From contig NC_043014.1 of assembly GCF_006345805.1 (NCBI RefSeq), forward strand, positions 19,158,001 through 19,222,000: a DNA stretch of 64,000 nt, given 5' to 3'. The position numbers and the translations under genes are program-made. The stretch comes from Octopus sinensis. Its lineage: Eukaryota. This document shows, in pieces, positions 14,060-28,153 of the stretch (position 1 is its first letter; each line of letters starts with the position of its first letter). Under the pieces are notes generated by a model. The model worked only from the letters and a program-made list of their open reading frames with translations, was not told the origin of the DNA and searched no databases.

Positions 14060-15690
14060 TCTCTCCAAATGTGTCATCATCCTTTCCTCCACTAACCCTC
14101 TACAGCACTCAAGAGTGGATGTTCTACCGCATTACTCGCCTGGTAGAGGGCAGTGAGTGCCGGACAACATTCCAGATGCCAGTCACCCAGTCTGGGTCTC
14201 TTCTTGACCCAGGACTGCAACTCAGTCAAGGAGACGAGCTGTGGAAAGGCCTGTTTGACCAACAGAGACAACACCTGTTCATCGTTTAGGCAGAATATCT
14301 AGAGATGCCGCAGTCTCAGCGCATGTGTGCATATCATTAGCCATGACATGCCCAGCCTTCCACGTACGGGGTGTTAGCAGCAGCTGAACCTGTTCACTCC
14401 ACATGAATTTGAAGATAAGACACACCAACAAGGGCGTGAAGTTGTCTGCCTTTCACAGCGCTCAGCTTCGGACATTGTGAGATGCGGCAAACCGTCGAGA
14501 TAGTGACTGACGTCCGCCATCATCTCCGCCCTGACACTCACTCCGAACAAACGAGGAAAGAGCTGGCGAAAGGTCTCACACATTTGCCTGGAATCGCTGA
14601 GCTTGTGTCCGTCTCGGTTCGTCAAAAACCTAATTGTGGTTTTGTTACCACGCTGCAACTCCGCCACGCGAGCCCATCGAACAGCTTTGATTCCTTCATT
14701 TCTTAGAGCATGCGCCTTAGCTCTGACATTGAACCTTCTAAGAATTGGTCTAATGCCATTCTCGCTTCTAGAACGTCAGTTGAAATGCCACTACAAATAA
14801 CCACGTCTAGTTTAACTACTAACCCCTCCTCTTTTCTATTTTTTCTAACATTATTTCTTTGCTAAACCCTATCAACATTACTGACCCCCATTCCCTTTCA
14901 ACTTCTGCTTAAGTAAATTGCTAACTCGGTCCCTGTAAGCCTTACGTGCCGGTAACGACATGCTCAGCTTCCGGTATTCGGCTTCTAACCTACGCGTCTT
15001 ATCTAGAATGACCGTACAGATTACAAACTGAATAGGAGACCGTTTTAAAAAGTGGACTTCCGAGATTATTACTATCTATTTTCCTAGTGAATAATCCTGT
15101 CAATATATACGATCTTGATAACCCTAAGCGGTTGGTACTGGTCCACAGTGGTGTATTAGGGAAATCTCGTCGGTAACTGTCAGACAGTTAGAACTGTCTG
15201 ATTAGGTGCTTGAGGATTTTGCCCCCCACTCTTCTATCAGCTACTCCCACGCAATACCAACGTTGATCGAAGATTCCGTTCCAGTCCCCTACTAACAGTA
15301 AAGAGTGAGACGTACCTAGAAAGCCTTCCAGACGCCTAAAGATATCCGGGCTTTTGGCTCCGGTAGACGGCCACCAGTCTAAAGGCAATACCTTCACTAT
15401 TCCTCATGTCCAGGACCATAGCTTCCCGTCCGGGTCCAGGAAGATCGATTTACCTTGAGATCCAGTTCTTTCCTAAACAGCACTGCAACTCCATCTCCCA
15501 TTTCCGGCCGACTAGCGGATGCAAAGATGTGGTAGTCGTCGATCATGGGGGCCAGTGCGCGTGTATTGGAAATCCTGGTCTCACTAAAAGGCAACTATAT
15601 CCAGTTCTAGAGACCTGAGGTCGTTGAGCGGGCGCCCCTGCTTCCAAGGCGACCTCAGGCCTCGAAAAGTTAAAAATCCTACACTTAGTA
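14060..15690 (-). mobile_element. L1/Tx1-clade LINE ORF2 remnant: APE endonuclease and linker, RT apparently deleted
   Basis: RGLRSPWKQGR..DLRSLELDIVAFSETRI; GDGVAVLFRK; LLLVGDWNGIFD; MCETFRQLFPRLFG...HYLDGLPHLTMSEAERCE, then jumps to C-terminal-like sequence. Confidence 0.85.
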
Positions 15691-16002
15691 TGGTAATGTT
15701 AGCAAGCTAAGGAGAAAAGAGAAATGCTTATTTACCTCCCGGTCTTGTAAAGGTCGGGTGGTCGAATTCTGTAATTGGTGGGCTCTTTTAGGAGGAACCC
15801 CTTTATGAGCCTTGATGTGAATCTCACGTTCGAGGTTCCCACGTCCTCCGGAAAGCTCTCTCGGATTTTGTGTAGGAATCGAGCGACATACGCACCAGAA
15901 GTAAATCTTCTGGTACACGAAATATGTTCGATTCGAATATCACCCCCGCCCCGTTTCAATTTCAGTGTTTTGTGTTATAAGGACTATCAGTTCCTCGTTG
16001 TT

Positions 16003-16245
16003 CCAACACCATCACTATCATCAGAATGTCCCAAACGCAAACAACCTAAACTAGAACAGACATACATACAAGCATCTAAAACTGCAGACACCACACTCAC
16101 AGCACACACACATACACACACACACACATACACACACACACACATACACACACACACTCATCAGAGTACGAAGTTGAGTCTTTTGTGTTAGTGTTGTTTA
16201 ATTTGTTTGATTGACTGTAGTTACGATGGTCTTGTTATAGCTTAT

Positions 16246-16290
<45 letters not shown>

Positions 16291-16392
16291 TGCTGTGAGT
16301 GTGGTGTCTGCAGTTTTAGATGCTTGTATGTATGTCTGTTCTAGTTTAGGTTGTTTGCGTTTGGGACATTCTGATGATAGTGATGGTGTTGG
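16003..16392. repeat. Perfect ~109 bp inverted repeat (16003-16111 / 16284-16392) extended inward by (CA)n/(TG)n
   Basis: CCAACACCATCACTATCATCAGAATGTCCC...CACTCACAGCACACACAC is the exact reverse complement of the right arm when read base by base. Confidence 0.95.
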
Positions 16393-17090
16393 TTGTATTG
16401 GTGTTGGTGTTTGGGGGAGATGTTTGCCTGGGTGGTATCTGTATTTTTTTTATTGTGGAGTTTTTCTTGTATGCTCTCATTTTTGACTTTTTTGGACCTT
16501 TTGGTTTTCCTTCATCTGTACTACTTGAGGATGAAGGGTATGTTGCTGTAAGTGTCTCTGTGGCTGTGTGTATGTATATAATCTTGTTCATTTTGTTTGG
16601 TTTGAGGGGATGGGAGGGCTTTCCTTGTTTTCCCCTAGGGTGGTTAATATCATTGGTGTCGCTGATGGTGGTTTTGCCGGTGCTCGTGTTGTTTGTGGTT
16701 CTTGTCCCGGCGTAGGCAGCAGTGGAGGACTTGCACTTTGTACCAGTTGGGGGCAGCGAGTTTGCAGATGAGTCATTTCTCCACATGCGAAACAATGAAG
16801 CTTTTGCTCTCAGTCATATGTATCACCGTCGCATTCTGGAGACGGATGTTGTCTGGGATTATTTTTTTATGTTTTCGGGTCTAATCTGGAGAAGTATCTC
16901 CAGGTATACCCCAAGCCAGACCACCCTGGCAGTTCTTGTCGTTTCCCCATGTAGGAGAGGTACATGATGACTTAGCTGGTTTTGCAGGGGATCATTGAAT
17001 GTGTCATAGAAAGGACTTCTGAATTAAACAGCACGGAAATGGTGCCGTATTATTTGCCCGTATTATTCAGCCATGTTAGGATACAAGTGC
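16393..17090 (-). mobile_element. Decayed LINE ORF1 (gag-like) with CCHC zinc knuckle
   Basis: Minus-strand KLHCFACGEMTHLQTRCP (C-x2-C-x4-H-x4-C) around 16755-16805, upstream of and co-oriented with the APE remnant. Confidence 0.72.
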
Positions 17091-17109
17091 TTTTCTCAGA
17101 CTAATATTT

Positions 17110-17275
17110 TCCTTCTCTTCGGATTTTTCCTCTTTCCTCTTACTGACGAAGAGCTAAGCTCCAAACCCCAAGCCAACTATTTTCCACCTCAAATCTACTG
17201 AGTGTCAACATAACACATTCGCTATGTACGTCCATTTTCCTGTTTTTTATTTTTATTATAAATTTTCATTTGCCT
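17110..17275 (+). mobile_element. PLE-type terminal repeat remnant with degenerate minimal hammerhead
   Basis: CTGACGA-A-GAGC-TAA-GCTC-CAAAC at 17143-17166 (GAAA mutated to CAAA); similar layout to 20425-20580. Confidence 0.5.
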
Positions 17276-17594
17276 ATATATATATATATACATATGTCTG
17301 TGTGTGTGTGTGTATGTAATGCTTAACATACTCGATTTAAAATCGCTGGTACTCAGAGAATCTTTGCACGAATGTCAACCTTTTTAATGTTTTCGAATAA
17401 ATACATCCACTCATTATTGCCTTATACACATATGTCTGCTATTGTATGTAATTTACCTCACTACTCTAAGTGACAATACCACCTCGTCATAAATAGCATC
17501 ACAAGGAGGTTAGCTCCAATATCAATTTATATTACTAATTAAATCTTGTAAGTGCACACCATTAATGCAGCTCTTAATATGATTTTTTTGCTGC

Positions 17595-17972
<378 letters not shown>

Positions 17973-17994
17973 CTAGTAGTCTAGCTTTCATTAC

Positions 17995-18778
17995 GTGCTT
18001 ATTCTGGAAGAAGTGGTAGTCAGTGGGGGCAAAATCTGATGAGTATGGTGGATGATGGAGAACTTTCAAATTCAACTCCTGTAGTTTCGCCAATATCATT
18101 TTTGCGATGTGTGGTCTGGCGTTGTCTTGCAATAAAATAGGAGCGGATCTGTTGACAAATCTAGTCTGTTTGGTTTTTTTTAAGTTTCTGCATCATTTGG
18201 TGCAGTATACTGTGGCCGTAATTGATAAGCCAGGTTTAATGAAATCATAATGGATCACACCTGCGCCAGTCCACCAAATACACGCTGTTAGTTTCTTTTG
18301 TTGAATTTTGCATTTTGAACTGTGTTTTGGTGGCTCGTCTTTGTTCGACCATTGTGCTGAACATTTACGGTTGTTGTATTGGTTCCATTTCTCATCATGT
18401 TACAATTCTATTCAAAACTGATTCATTTCTGTGACGAGAAGGTAGCATAATGCAAGTTTCCAAACGTTGCTGTTTCTGATTTTCATTGAGTACATGTGGA
18501 ACCCACTTATCGAAATTTTTCACTTTACCGATTTCAACTAGGTAAGTCAATATTGTTTGCTTGCTAACACCAAACAACAATGAAAATTCATGGAAACTTT
18601 CAAATGGATCTGGCACAACGGTGGCTTTCAGTTCGTCATTATCCTTCTTTGTTTCTGGTTGACCGCGCTGCTCATTTGTGAGGTCAACCTTACCAGAACG
18701 AAATTTTGCAAACCAATTTGATACTGCCTGCTGTGTCATAACATTAGAATGAAATACTCCATTATAATACTGGCACAA
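17995..18778 (-). mobile_element. Decayed mariner transposase
   Basis: NWFAKFRSGKVDLTNEQRGQP...KWVPHVLNENQKQQRLETC...RIVT; LQDNARPHIAK...VLHHPPYSSDFAPTDYHFF. Confidence 0.92.
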
Positions 18779-18849
18779 AATGAGCAGCTGTTAAAGTTAC
18801 CATATACCTTACTACAAATATCATACTTGACGACCTAATATATACACAG

Positions 18850-20330
18850 ATATACCTCTCTGTACAAGTTTAATTCGTTCTATGACCAAGCTCGTATTAC
18901 GATTTACTCGTTTTACAAATCAGTATTCCTCATTGAAATTAATTAAAATATAAATAACCCGTTCCACCCCAACAAAACCACCCGAAAATAATTTTTTATG
19001 AGTTTTAAAAAATGCAGTTACAAGGAAAAGGACAATTATAAAAGCATAATAAAATTAGAGTGCAAAAGAAATATGTAAACTAGTTTTATTAATTTAATTG
19101 CTTTAAAGATAGGATTTATACTCGAGTAAGACAATGGAGCGGAGAGGAGGAGGATGTTTGGAAGGAGATTCTCCTGCCATTAACACTCCAGGAAAAACAA
19201 TTTCTGCCGTTTTCTTACTTTGTTTTGTTTAGGCCTTTTGGACACACTTTCTTCACTTTTCGCACTTGCAGGTCGTTTCATTAGAGACATATCAAGAGAA
19301 GTTTTCTTTCTCTTGCCTTTCAAAATGTTACGAAAATGCACCAGTGCAGTGTAATCAAATAAGGCAGCCGCACAACCCGTACGTAGATACTTTTTCAGGA
19401 TGATATTTTTCTACAAATTCAGAAGAATACTGCCACTTTGTCAACACTTGCCACTCGTAGAGAAAGGCTTCTCTGTTACACTGTCCTCCTCCGGGGAACC
19501 AATCTCCTCCACCACATCTCAATGCTGCTGCTGCCCCTGAAGCTGTAGGAGTTCATCTGTCGTCAGCTCTTCTGAGTGTTCCTCAATAAGATCGTTAATG
19601 TCCCCATTGTCAACTTCGAGGCCCATGGACTTGCCTAGAGGCACTATCTCCACGACTACAGGTATCTCAGACACAAACCCCTCGATGTCTCTTTCGGATA
19701 TGAAGTCAGAACGCAGTTTTTTCAATGCAGAATTCAGCGTTCTCCTCGTTACACCCTATTGATGATTTTCAGGCAGTTAACAATGTTGTAGTGCTCCTTC
19801 GAAAATTCACGAAGGGGTTAGATATGTATTTTCTGTGACTGGTGCTAAAATTAGAAATCGTTTGTTAGTCCATGAGCTGCAAGACATGGGTGGTATTGCG
19901 TGAAAGGTATAGGACTTTAATGAATCTAAATTCGTTCAGTAAATCATCTTCGAAGTTAGGAAGGTGAACAGGAACACTGTCAAGGATGATGAGGACCTTA
20001 AGAAGATTATTCTCCAGAAGGTACTTTTTCACTGCTGGTCCGAAGATAAGGTTGACTCACTCGGTGAAGAATTTCCCTGTGATTCAGATTTCAATGTTTG
20101 ACCTCCATATGACCTGATGTTTCTCGTTCACGATTTTGTGCGACTTGAAAGCTCGTGGCTTTTCTGAATGGCAGACAAGTAGCGACTTAATCTTCAAGTC
20201 TCCACTCGCACTGGCACAGAAGGGCGAGAGTTAGCCTATTTTTCATAGGCATGTGACCTGATATTTTCTTATGATCTGCAGTTATGTTGATTCTTCTGGG
20301 CTTTTTTCCAAGACAGGCGTGTTTCATCCT
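18850..20330 (-). mobile_element. Decayed pogo/Tigger transposase (DDE_1 domain and acidic C-terminus)
   Basis: GHMPMKNRLTLALL; FGPAVKKYLLENNL-KVLIILD; FIKVLYLSRNTTHVLQLMD; LGKSMGLEVDNGDINDLIEEHSEELTTDELLQL. Confidence 0.88.
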
Positions 20331-20424
20331 AGTTGAATACTTGTGCGATGTACCACTCGGCTGCGATGAACTGACGGAATTTACGGACGAAATCTGCCGG
20401 TAACTCCAAAAGTCTTTTTTTTTT

Positions 20425-20580
20425 ATTCTCTCTCTCTTATTTCCTCGTGTTCCTTTCTGTTGAAGAATGCAGGCTCGAAACGTAAAATATATTCTCACCT
20501 TCCTGAGCGTCAAATTAATACACCTGTTTGTTGTTTATACACCTGTCTTCGTCTGTTGTTTTTCTGTGAATTTCATCTAT
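20425..20580 (+). mobile_element. PLE-type terminal repeat remnant with variant minimal hammerhead
   Basis: TTT-CTGTTGA-AGAATGCAGGCTC-GAA-ACGT-A-AAA at 20454-20487: palindromic ACGT stem III, GUA site, non-canonical core. Confidence 0.5.
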
Positions 20581-20630
20581 ATGTGTGTGTGTATATATAT
20601 ATATATTATATATATATTATATATATACGT

Positions 20631-20738
<108 letters not shown>

Positions 20739-21074
20739 GTATGTAGTATGTATGTATGTATGTATGTATGTATGTATGTATGCGTGTATCTATGTATCTA
20801 TGCACATATAATTAATGAAGAAAATAACACAGAAAACAAAGTGCAAACAAGGTGTAAATACTAGAATTATGCCCAGTCAGAAATTAAGAAAGTAGAAGTG
20901 TCATTTAAATTTTGAGCTGATTCTCTTCATCAGCTAATAAGAAAAAAGTAGATGAATAGAAATAACATATATCCGTATGTGCATGTGTGTGTGTGAGTCT
21001 GTATCTGAATATGTATATATATATGTGTTCGTGTGAATGGTATGGCATGTATACCTCCGTATAGAACCAGAAGT

Positions 21075-21325
21075 GTTTGTAGGAGATTTTCTACGACTTC
21101 ACTCAGCCCCAGTTTCTGGTCTCCCAATTTCCCCGACTAAATCACATGCATCACTATGTACGGTCACAGTTGAGAAAGACACAAAACATTCTTCCTGAAA
21201 CAGCAAGCCCGAGTTAGTGATTAAAATCATGGAGGAGTACGAAGATCTTCGCAAGGAAACATTGAAGGACGCATGCACCAGATTCTGGAGCTGTTTTAAC
21301 GCCATGGAGGCTACTTTGAATAAAT
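21075..21325 (+). mobile_element. Tc1/mariner-superfamily (maT/DD37D-like) transposase C-terminal remnant
   Basis: FWSPNFPD*NHMHHYV (cf. FWPPNSPDLNPxDYxVW); IKIMEEYEDLRKETLKDACTRFWSCFNA. Confidence 0.65.
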
Positions 21326-21949
21326 ATTTAACTCGCAGTCATAATCTAGTAGATAATATTTACTTTCTTTCAATACTTTTATTTTGGGGTGAGATTTTTT
21401 TCTTTTTAAGCAAACTGTTGAATTCATCCCAAACACCCCATAATTCTATTCCCCAGGGTATTTTGAAGATCATCCGTTGTTTCTATTCCCCTCCTTGGTT
21501 ATTCACTATCATACAAAATCTTCGGTAGAAACATTGCAGTCTATAAAATAAAATATTAGCAACATTGGCAGTCTGAACACTGAGAGCTCATATCTATCCC
21601 CGCTTAAACGTGGATGTTCTGTTGGAACAAACTATACTGCTGCAGTTACCACGGGAGAAACAAGAGTGTTTATATCACTAGCGCGAGATCTCCAGATCAC
21701 GTGATTACAACTTTGTTGGGTCTTCTTAATGTGGCCGCTCGACCTCTAGAAATAGCAGCGACTCATCTCCCCACCAGCGATATACAGTGTAGAAATGTAG
21801 TGCCAGAAGAGGCACTGGTGTCGCAATTAGCCAGTGAACTTGTTAATATGTATTAGTAGCAAAGATAGTATTGATATTGAGAGGTAATATTTATCCCCAC
21901 TTAAATATGGATATTCTATTAAAACAAACTGCATGGTAGTTCTGATGCT

Positions 21950-22390
21950 TAGTGGTGTTCAATTTCCATGAATACACTGGGAAAAAAAAGACTCCTGATT
22001 TTTCTATGCCTATTGAGCACGAGATTTTGTTTGCTTCCAACATTACTTATAACACTACCAAGTTACGAGAAATTGTTCGCATTTTTATCAACCTGATGTC
22101 TGACGGAGATGAAATGTTCTGTTGCAAAGTGTATCTGAATCACATTGGTTTTCCTCACAACCAGATTTGAACTCGATTTCTGCTTTTATTAATTTGATAA
22201 CCAGTTATTGCACTTTAACTCTCGCTTCACTCGCTTCTCTCAGGAGTACAATGTCATCGGATGTTTCTTTTCACTCCGCTTATACAGAGATCACACCAGT
22301 TACATTTCTCACCACTAACTCAGCTACAAGTTATAAGGTTCAGTCCTGATGGGCTCCAGTAATGAGAAATAAGTCTTCAATGTGGATTGT
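21950..22390 (-). mobile_element. Highly decayed RTE-like reverse transcriptase fragment
   Basis: Minus-strand DDIVLL and LGSVISN motifs at roughly RT domain 5-7 spacing. Confidence 0.45.
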
Positions 22391-22435
22391 ATCTCTCTTG
22401 ATACAGCCGTTACATGGGTGTGTGTATATGTGCAT

Positions 22436-23212
<777 letters not shown>

Positions 23213-23883
23213 AGAAATGCGGCGTGATTAACTATTCATTGAGAAAAATGCTAAATTATTTGTATTGAAGTGTATTTCTTCAAGTATCCAGTTATTAATA
23301 GCTACTCATTGGTGAATCTGGGGCTAGAGTTCAAGTGTTAAAACAATTAAAGTCAGACAATACACGGTGGTGGCCAGAGGGAGAAAGGTGAAATCGGTAA
23401 TATAGCGTGGCGTGAGTGATAGCGTTACTGGCTAAATATATAGCAGAAAAGATGAATTGTGGACAGGTGTGGCTATTTGAAAATGAATATAATTGAATGT
23501 GTTTAAATGTGTGTGAGTGGAAAGAGGAGAATTGTGGTTATAAATGAAGTAGCTGTAATTACGTATGAATTTGTGACGAGTGTGGGGACGTCAGTGGCTC
23601 TAAATATCCAAGTGGGTACTTGAGTGAAGGCTGGTTGTGGGGCGAGGTTCGTTGAAGTTTTAAGTATTAAAGAATGAAAGCTGGGAGGAGTGGGGTTTAA
23701 GTGTTCATATTTTAGGTATTGGGACTTAAATTAGCGTAAATAGATATAAATTTGTACGTAGACTCATACGTGTAAGTATAGATATACGCAATGGCATACG
23801 GAAATATAGTGTATACTTACACACAAATGCATATAAGCATCTCTCTCTCTTCTTCTCACTCTCTACTTCTCTCTTTCGTTCTC

Positions 23884-23918
<35 letters not shown>

Positions 23919-24061
23919 TATATAATTTAAACGAAAAAGAACACAGAGAGATGACACAGAGTGGCCAGTGACATGTATTTGTAAAGAATAAGGTATATCA
24001 AATACCATTCAGCATAAATTCTTGATTAATGAAAATTATCTCCGCCTCCACAGCATAAATC

Positions 24062-24400
24062 ATAAGAGACCCCCTTCAGTCATGACTGACCGTGGGATTG
24101 CACCTAGAAAGTTACCCTCCCAGGCACAAGTCCGGGCAAGGTTTTTTATGGAAGACCAGCAGTCAACCATGCATACCGGCCAACCTTCTCCACGCCACCA
24201 GTGTTATCCAAGGGAAAGGCAAAGGCCGATACAGCTTGGCACCTGTGACGTCGCAACTCATTTCTACAGCTGAGTGAACTGGACCAACGTGAAATAAAGT
24301 GTTTTGCTCAAGAACACAACACGCAGCCCGGTCCGGGATTCGAACTCATAACCTACGATCGTAAGCTCGACGCTCTAACCACTGAGCCATGCGCCTTCAC
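24062..24400 (-). mobile_element. tRNA-derived CORE-type SINE (family D), near full length
   Basis: Reverse complement: GGCGCATGGCTCAGTGGTTAGAGCG (A box)...GAGTTCGAATCCCG (B box), then GTGTTCTTGAGCAAAACACTTTATTTCAC (CORE-like). Confidence 0.88.
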
Positions 24401-24739
24401 ATATCATAATTACCAAATGACAATTAAGACAAGCTCTACTTGAGAAAAGGAGGTAATCTCAAAATTAAAAATTCTCTAATTTGACAAGCCATTAAGGAAG
24501 TGGACAGGTGTGGACATAAGAGAACAGTCAGAGACACCTTATTTATGTTCAGGAGCCAAATGACTTAGGCTTATACGAAGAAAAGATTAAAACACATATC
24601 CGAAGGAATTTGCTAAATTTAAGCGCAAGTGAGTTAAGACATATATAATATACGTGTCTATGTGCACGCACGTACGCGAATGTTTTAAATATATTAATGA
24701 ACTATAGTTTATTTAAAACATATATATATCAATAGCTAA

Positions 24740-24960
24740 GTGGTTCTACTTTCTCGAACCAATAAGATTAGAAGTTGGCCTCTGGACCTGTTGGAAATAA
24801 CAGTGAATTCACCCTCGACCCAATGCATTGCATCACTGCAATACATTCGATCGCAGACTCGCTGCTCCGGTAAAGCTCTTCCTCGAATGTATTTCCGTCT
24901 TGATGAGTGTTCCAGGACCATCTATCGGAATTGGGTTTCGAAATAAGTTCTCCGCACACA
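24740..24960 (-). mobile_element. Possible Merlin/IS1595-type transposase remnant
   Basis: PIPIDGPG in one frame then SRRKYIRGRALPEQRV...VISNRSRGQLLILLVRE, resembling the ISXO2 signature GGPGxxVEIDES..KRKYNRGR...QWV...VPNRSxxTLL. Confidence 0.5.
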
Positions 24961-25843
24961 CTTCCTTCATCTAGCCGTTATAATCAACCAGTGTTGTGGC
25001 TCCTTTTTAAATCTACCTTACAGAAATGTAACAAAAGCAATTATTTTCAATGTTATCTTAAAATATATAATTCTCTTCTGAAGAATATACTTTCCAGAAT
25101 CCTTCACTGTATTCAAAATGTCTTACAGACTTTTCATATTTTTCATTCGGCCGCTCACGATGATTTTTCACTGTGTTACTCATGGCTTCTTTTCAATACG
25201 CTCGCTATCATACGCTGGTTCAATATGTTGCTATGATCACGTATGACAATTCCGGCACTTGAATGACTGAAATTCGCATTTTTATTTTTAATTTTGCAAC
25301 ATATAAAAAAAATTTTTCTGAAATTCTGAATTAACATGAAAAATTACGTCCGTAGATGAAAATAGCAATCAACTGGGGAAACGAGACCCCGTCGTCTTAA
25401 AAGAATTAGTAGTCATAGATACTCCGAGATGCAACAATGTATCAGAATCATCGATGAGAACGATCGTGGTTGAACTAATTTTGATCTTAAGTCTGCCCGA
25501 TGAAGGCCGACTGAGCTGAACAAATAATTAAAAAATACCTCGTGAATCTAATTTTTGTCGTAAATAAATATTCGAATATAGACATTAAATTTGTTTACTA
25601 AACCAGGTTTTCAGATCATGGACATTATTTGCCAAACACATAAGCGGACAGAAAAAAATTCAATAACCAACAGATAAACAATGCGGTAAGCAGAAATTGA
25701 TTTTAAAAAAATGTAAAACATTTAAATCAACATGTTCTTTATTTTCTGAACGTTTCTTACTTTTTATTGAATATCGTCGACATAATTTAGATAAACATTT
25801 CAATGCAGGCAATTATTTTGTCATAGGATGTGTGAGTTGGAAT

Positions 25844-25966
<123 letters not shown>

Positions 25967-26078
25967 TGCTTGTATACATGTACATGTGTATATATATATA
26001 TGTATATATGTATATCTATACGAATACATATATATATAAACAAATTAAAAGATTGGCTTATTTATTAGCAATTAGAAC

Positions 26079-26112
<34 letters not shown>

Positions 26113-26524
26113 GTACATGCATATATACATGGATGTGCATATGTATATATATTGCTTATTTTCAATGTTATCTTAAAATATATAAATATATTTCACTGAT
26201 GATTAATTTAAAGAAATCCATATAAAGTACGTGTCTTTGTGCCATTTTAGGGTTAAAGTTGTTTTATAAAGAAGACATGATTGAAATATACAAATACATG
26301 CAAAAACACAAAATACTTTCTGAAGACATCTTAAATCTTTCAGAAGTGTAAACAAAATTCTTTTAACAACTCAATATTTAATCACACCAAATAAATACAG
26401 ACAAAGAGCATTTCTTCAGGTAGTGTGTGGGATGGAACATTCCAACATATACACACAAATACATACCTGCGCCCGCATATGCATTCATATGCTCACAAAC
26501 ACACAAACATTCATGTGCCGTAAA

Positions 26525-26960
26525 AAACAACTGCATCCGAGGGCATATTTCGTTTTAAAGTCTGATAATTCAAGGAAAATATTCTCGATTAAGCTTAGAA
26601 TCCTGTGGGAAGAAGGATGTGATCAAGCATTTGAATTAAAGCGTGCCAAATACAAGAATCTTCTGAAGGATTGTAGGGAGAAGGGTTTCAGTCATAAACT
26701 TTTGTAGTAGAATCTTGACAGTAGGGGATCACCTACTCTGTCGGTTTGGAGGATGCTAATAAACATTGGAACGGATATAAAAAACTGAAGTGTGGCTGTT
26801 CGTAGGATGGGAGAGGAAGCAGAAATAGCCTCATTGCTGGTTATAGAGCAAGAAATAAGAGTCAAACTTGAAACTAGGTTGAGATGATGAGCAGTGATTT
26901 GGATACCATTGGTGACCCACGAACGCGATAATGTTATGGTTCGGAGTCAAAACAATCAAT
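26525..26960 (+). mobile_element. HERO/R2-like non-LTR element, RLE-domain 3' remnant
   Basis: FVLKSDNSRKIFSIKLRILWEEGCDQAFELKRAKYKNLLKDCREKG (cf. IELTVPWEE..EAxERKxxKY); AVRRMGEEAEIAS downstream. Confidence 0.72.
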
Positions 26961-27108
26961 GATCATTAGATACCGTCCGGTGACATTAATTTGTCATGAC
27001 AAAAGCTTCATTCGCCTAATTGCATGGGAAAGAAGCACCGTCTTCTACGTGTTATCAATGACATCTATAAGCATGTAATATTTATACATACATACATACA
27101 TACATACA

Positions 27109-27140
<32 letters not shown>

Positions 27141-27252
27141 CATACATACATATATATGTATATATATATGTATATATATATAATTGATATAGGATAAAAT
27201 TTTATATATATGTATATATATGTATATATATGTATATATATATATGTATATA

Positions 27253-27308
<56 letters not shown>

Positions 27309-27629
27309 CACATATATATATATACATATATATATACATATATATACATATATATAAAATTCTATCCTATATCAATTATATATATATATACATATATATA
27401 TACATATATATGTATGTATGTATGTATATGTATGTATGTATGTATATGTATGTATGTATGTATGTATGTATATATATATATAATTGATATAGGATAACAT
27501 TTTTTTCGGGAAAAAATTTTTTATCAATGGCCAGCATATCAAAAAATGCCTTTAAAGGTAAAATTTATACATAATTTACAAGATAAGGGCGTGGGTATGA
27601 ATAAGTATTTCATTTATATCTCGCGTACG

Positions 27630-27688
27630 TGCCGCTGAAGTGGGGAAAATTTCTTGTGAATTAACCCCGAAATTGGACCAATACGGTA
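27630..27688 (+). ncRNA. Type-I hammerhead ribozyme motif, core variant CUGAAGU
   Basis: TGCCG-CTGAAGT-GGGG...CCCC-GAA-ATTGG-A-CCAAT-A-CGGTA. Confidence 0.7.
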
Positions 27689-28094
27689 ATAACGAATTTT
27701 TTAGAGATTTCTATCGGTTTGTTTCGAGACGCATAAATTTAATGGTTATCGACAATTTTTTTGTTTCGGCGTATCTGGCATTAGAATTTTTCTTCTGCCT
27801 TTATCTTGTAAATTATGTATAAATTTTACTTTAAAGGCATTTTTTGATATGCTGGCCATTGATAAAAAATGTTTTCTCGAAAAAAGTTTTATCCTATATC
27901 AATTATAAATAGATTAGTGTTTCACTTCCGGATTCTATCACTCTGTGAAAGTTTCTAGTTCGAATCACACGTGTCTCGAGGTGCGCCTAAGATTTTTCTA
28001 TTTAGATATATTTGGGGTACTTAAGTCGGCTCGGGACTTCGTGCTTGCTTCTTCCGTGGGTATGAATAAGTATTTCATTTATATCTCGCGTATG

Positions 28095-28153
28095 TGCCGC
28101 TGAAGAGGGGAAAATTTCTTGTGAATTAACCCCGAAATTGGACCAATACCGTA
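28095..28153 (+). ncRNA. Type-I hammerhead ribozyme motif, intact core, one stem-I mismatch
   Basis: TGCCG-CTGAAGA-GGGG...CCCC-GAA-ATTGG-A-CCAAT-A-CCGTA. Confidence 0.78.

Noticed and set aside
25495-25525. CCGATGAAGGCC...GCTGAAC hammerhead-like string
   Set aside because: Both core segments are mutated and the stems are unconvincing.
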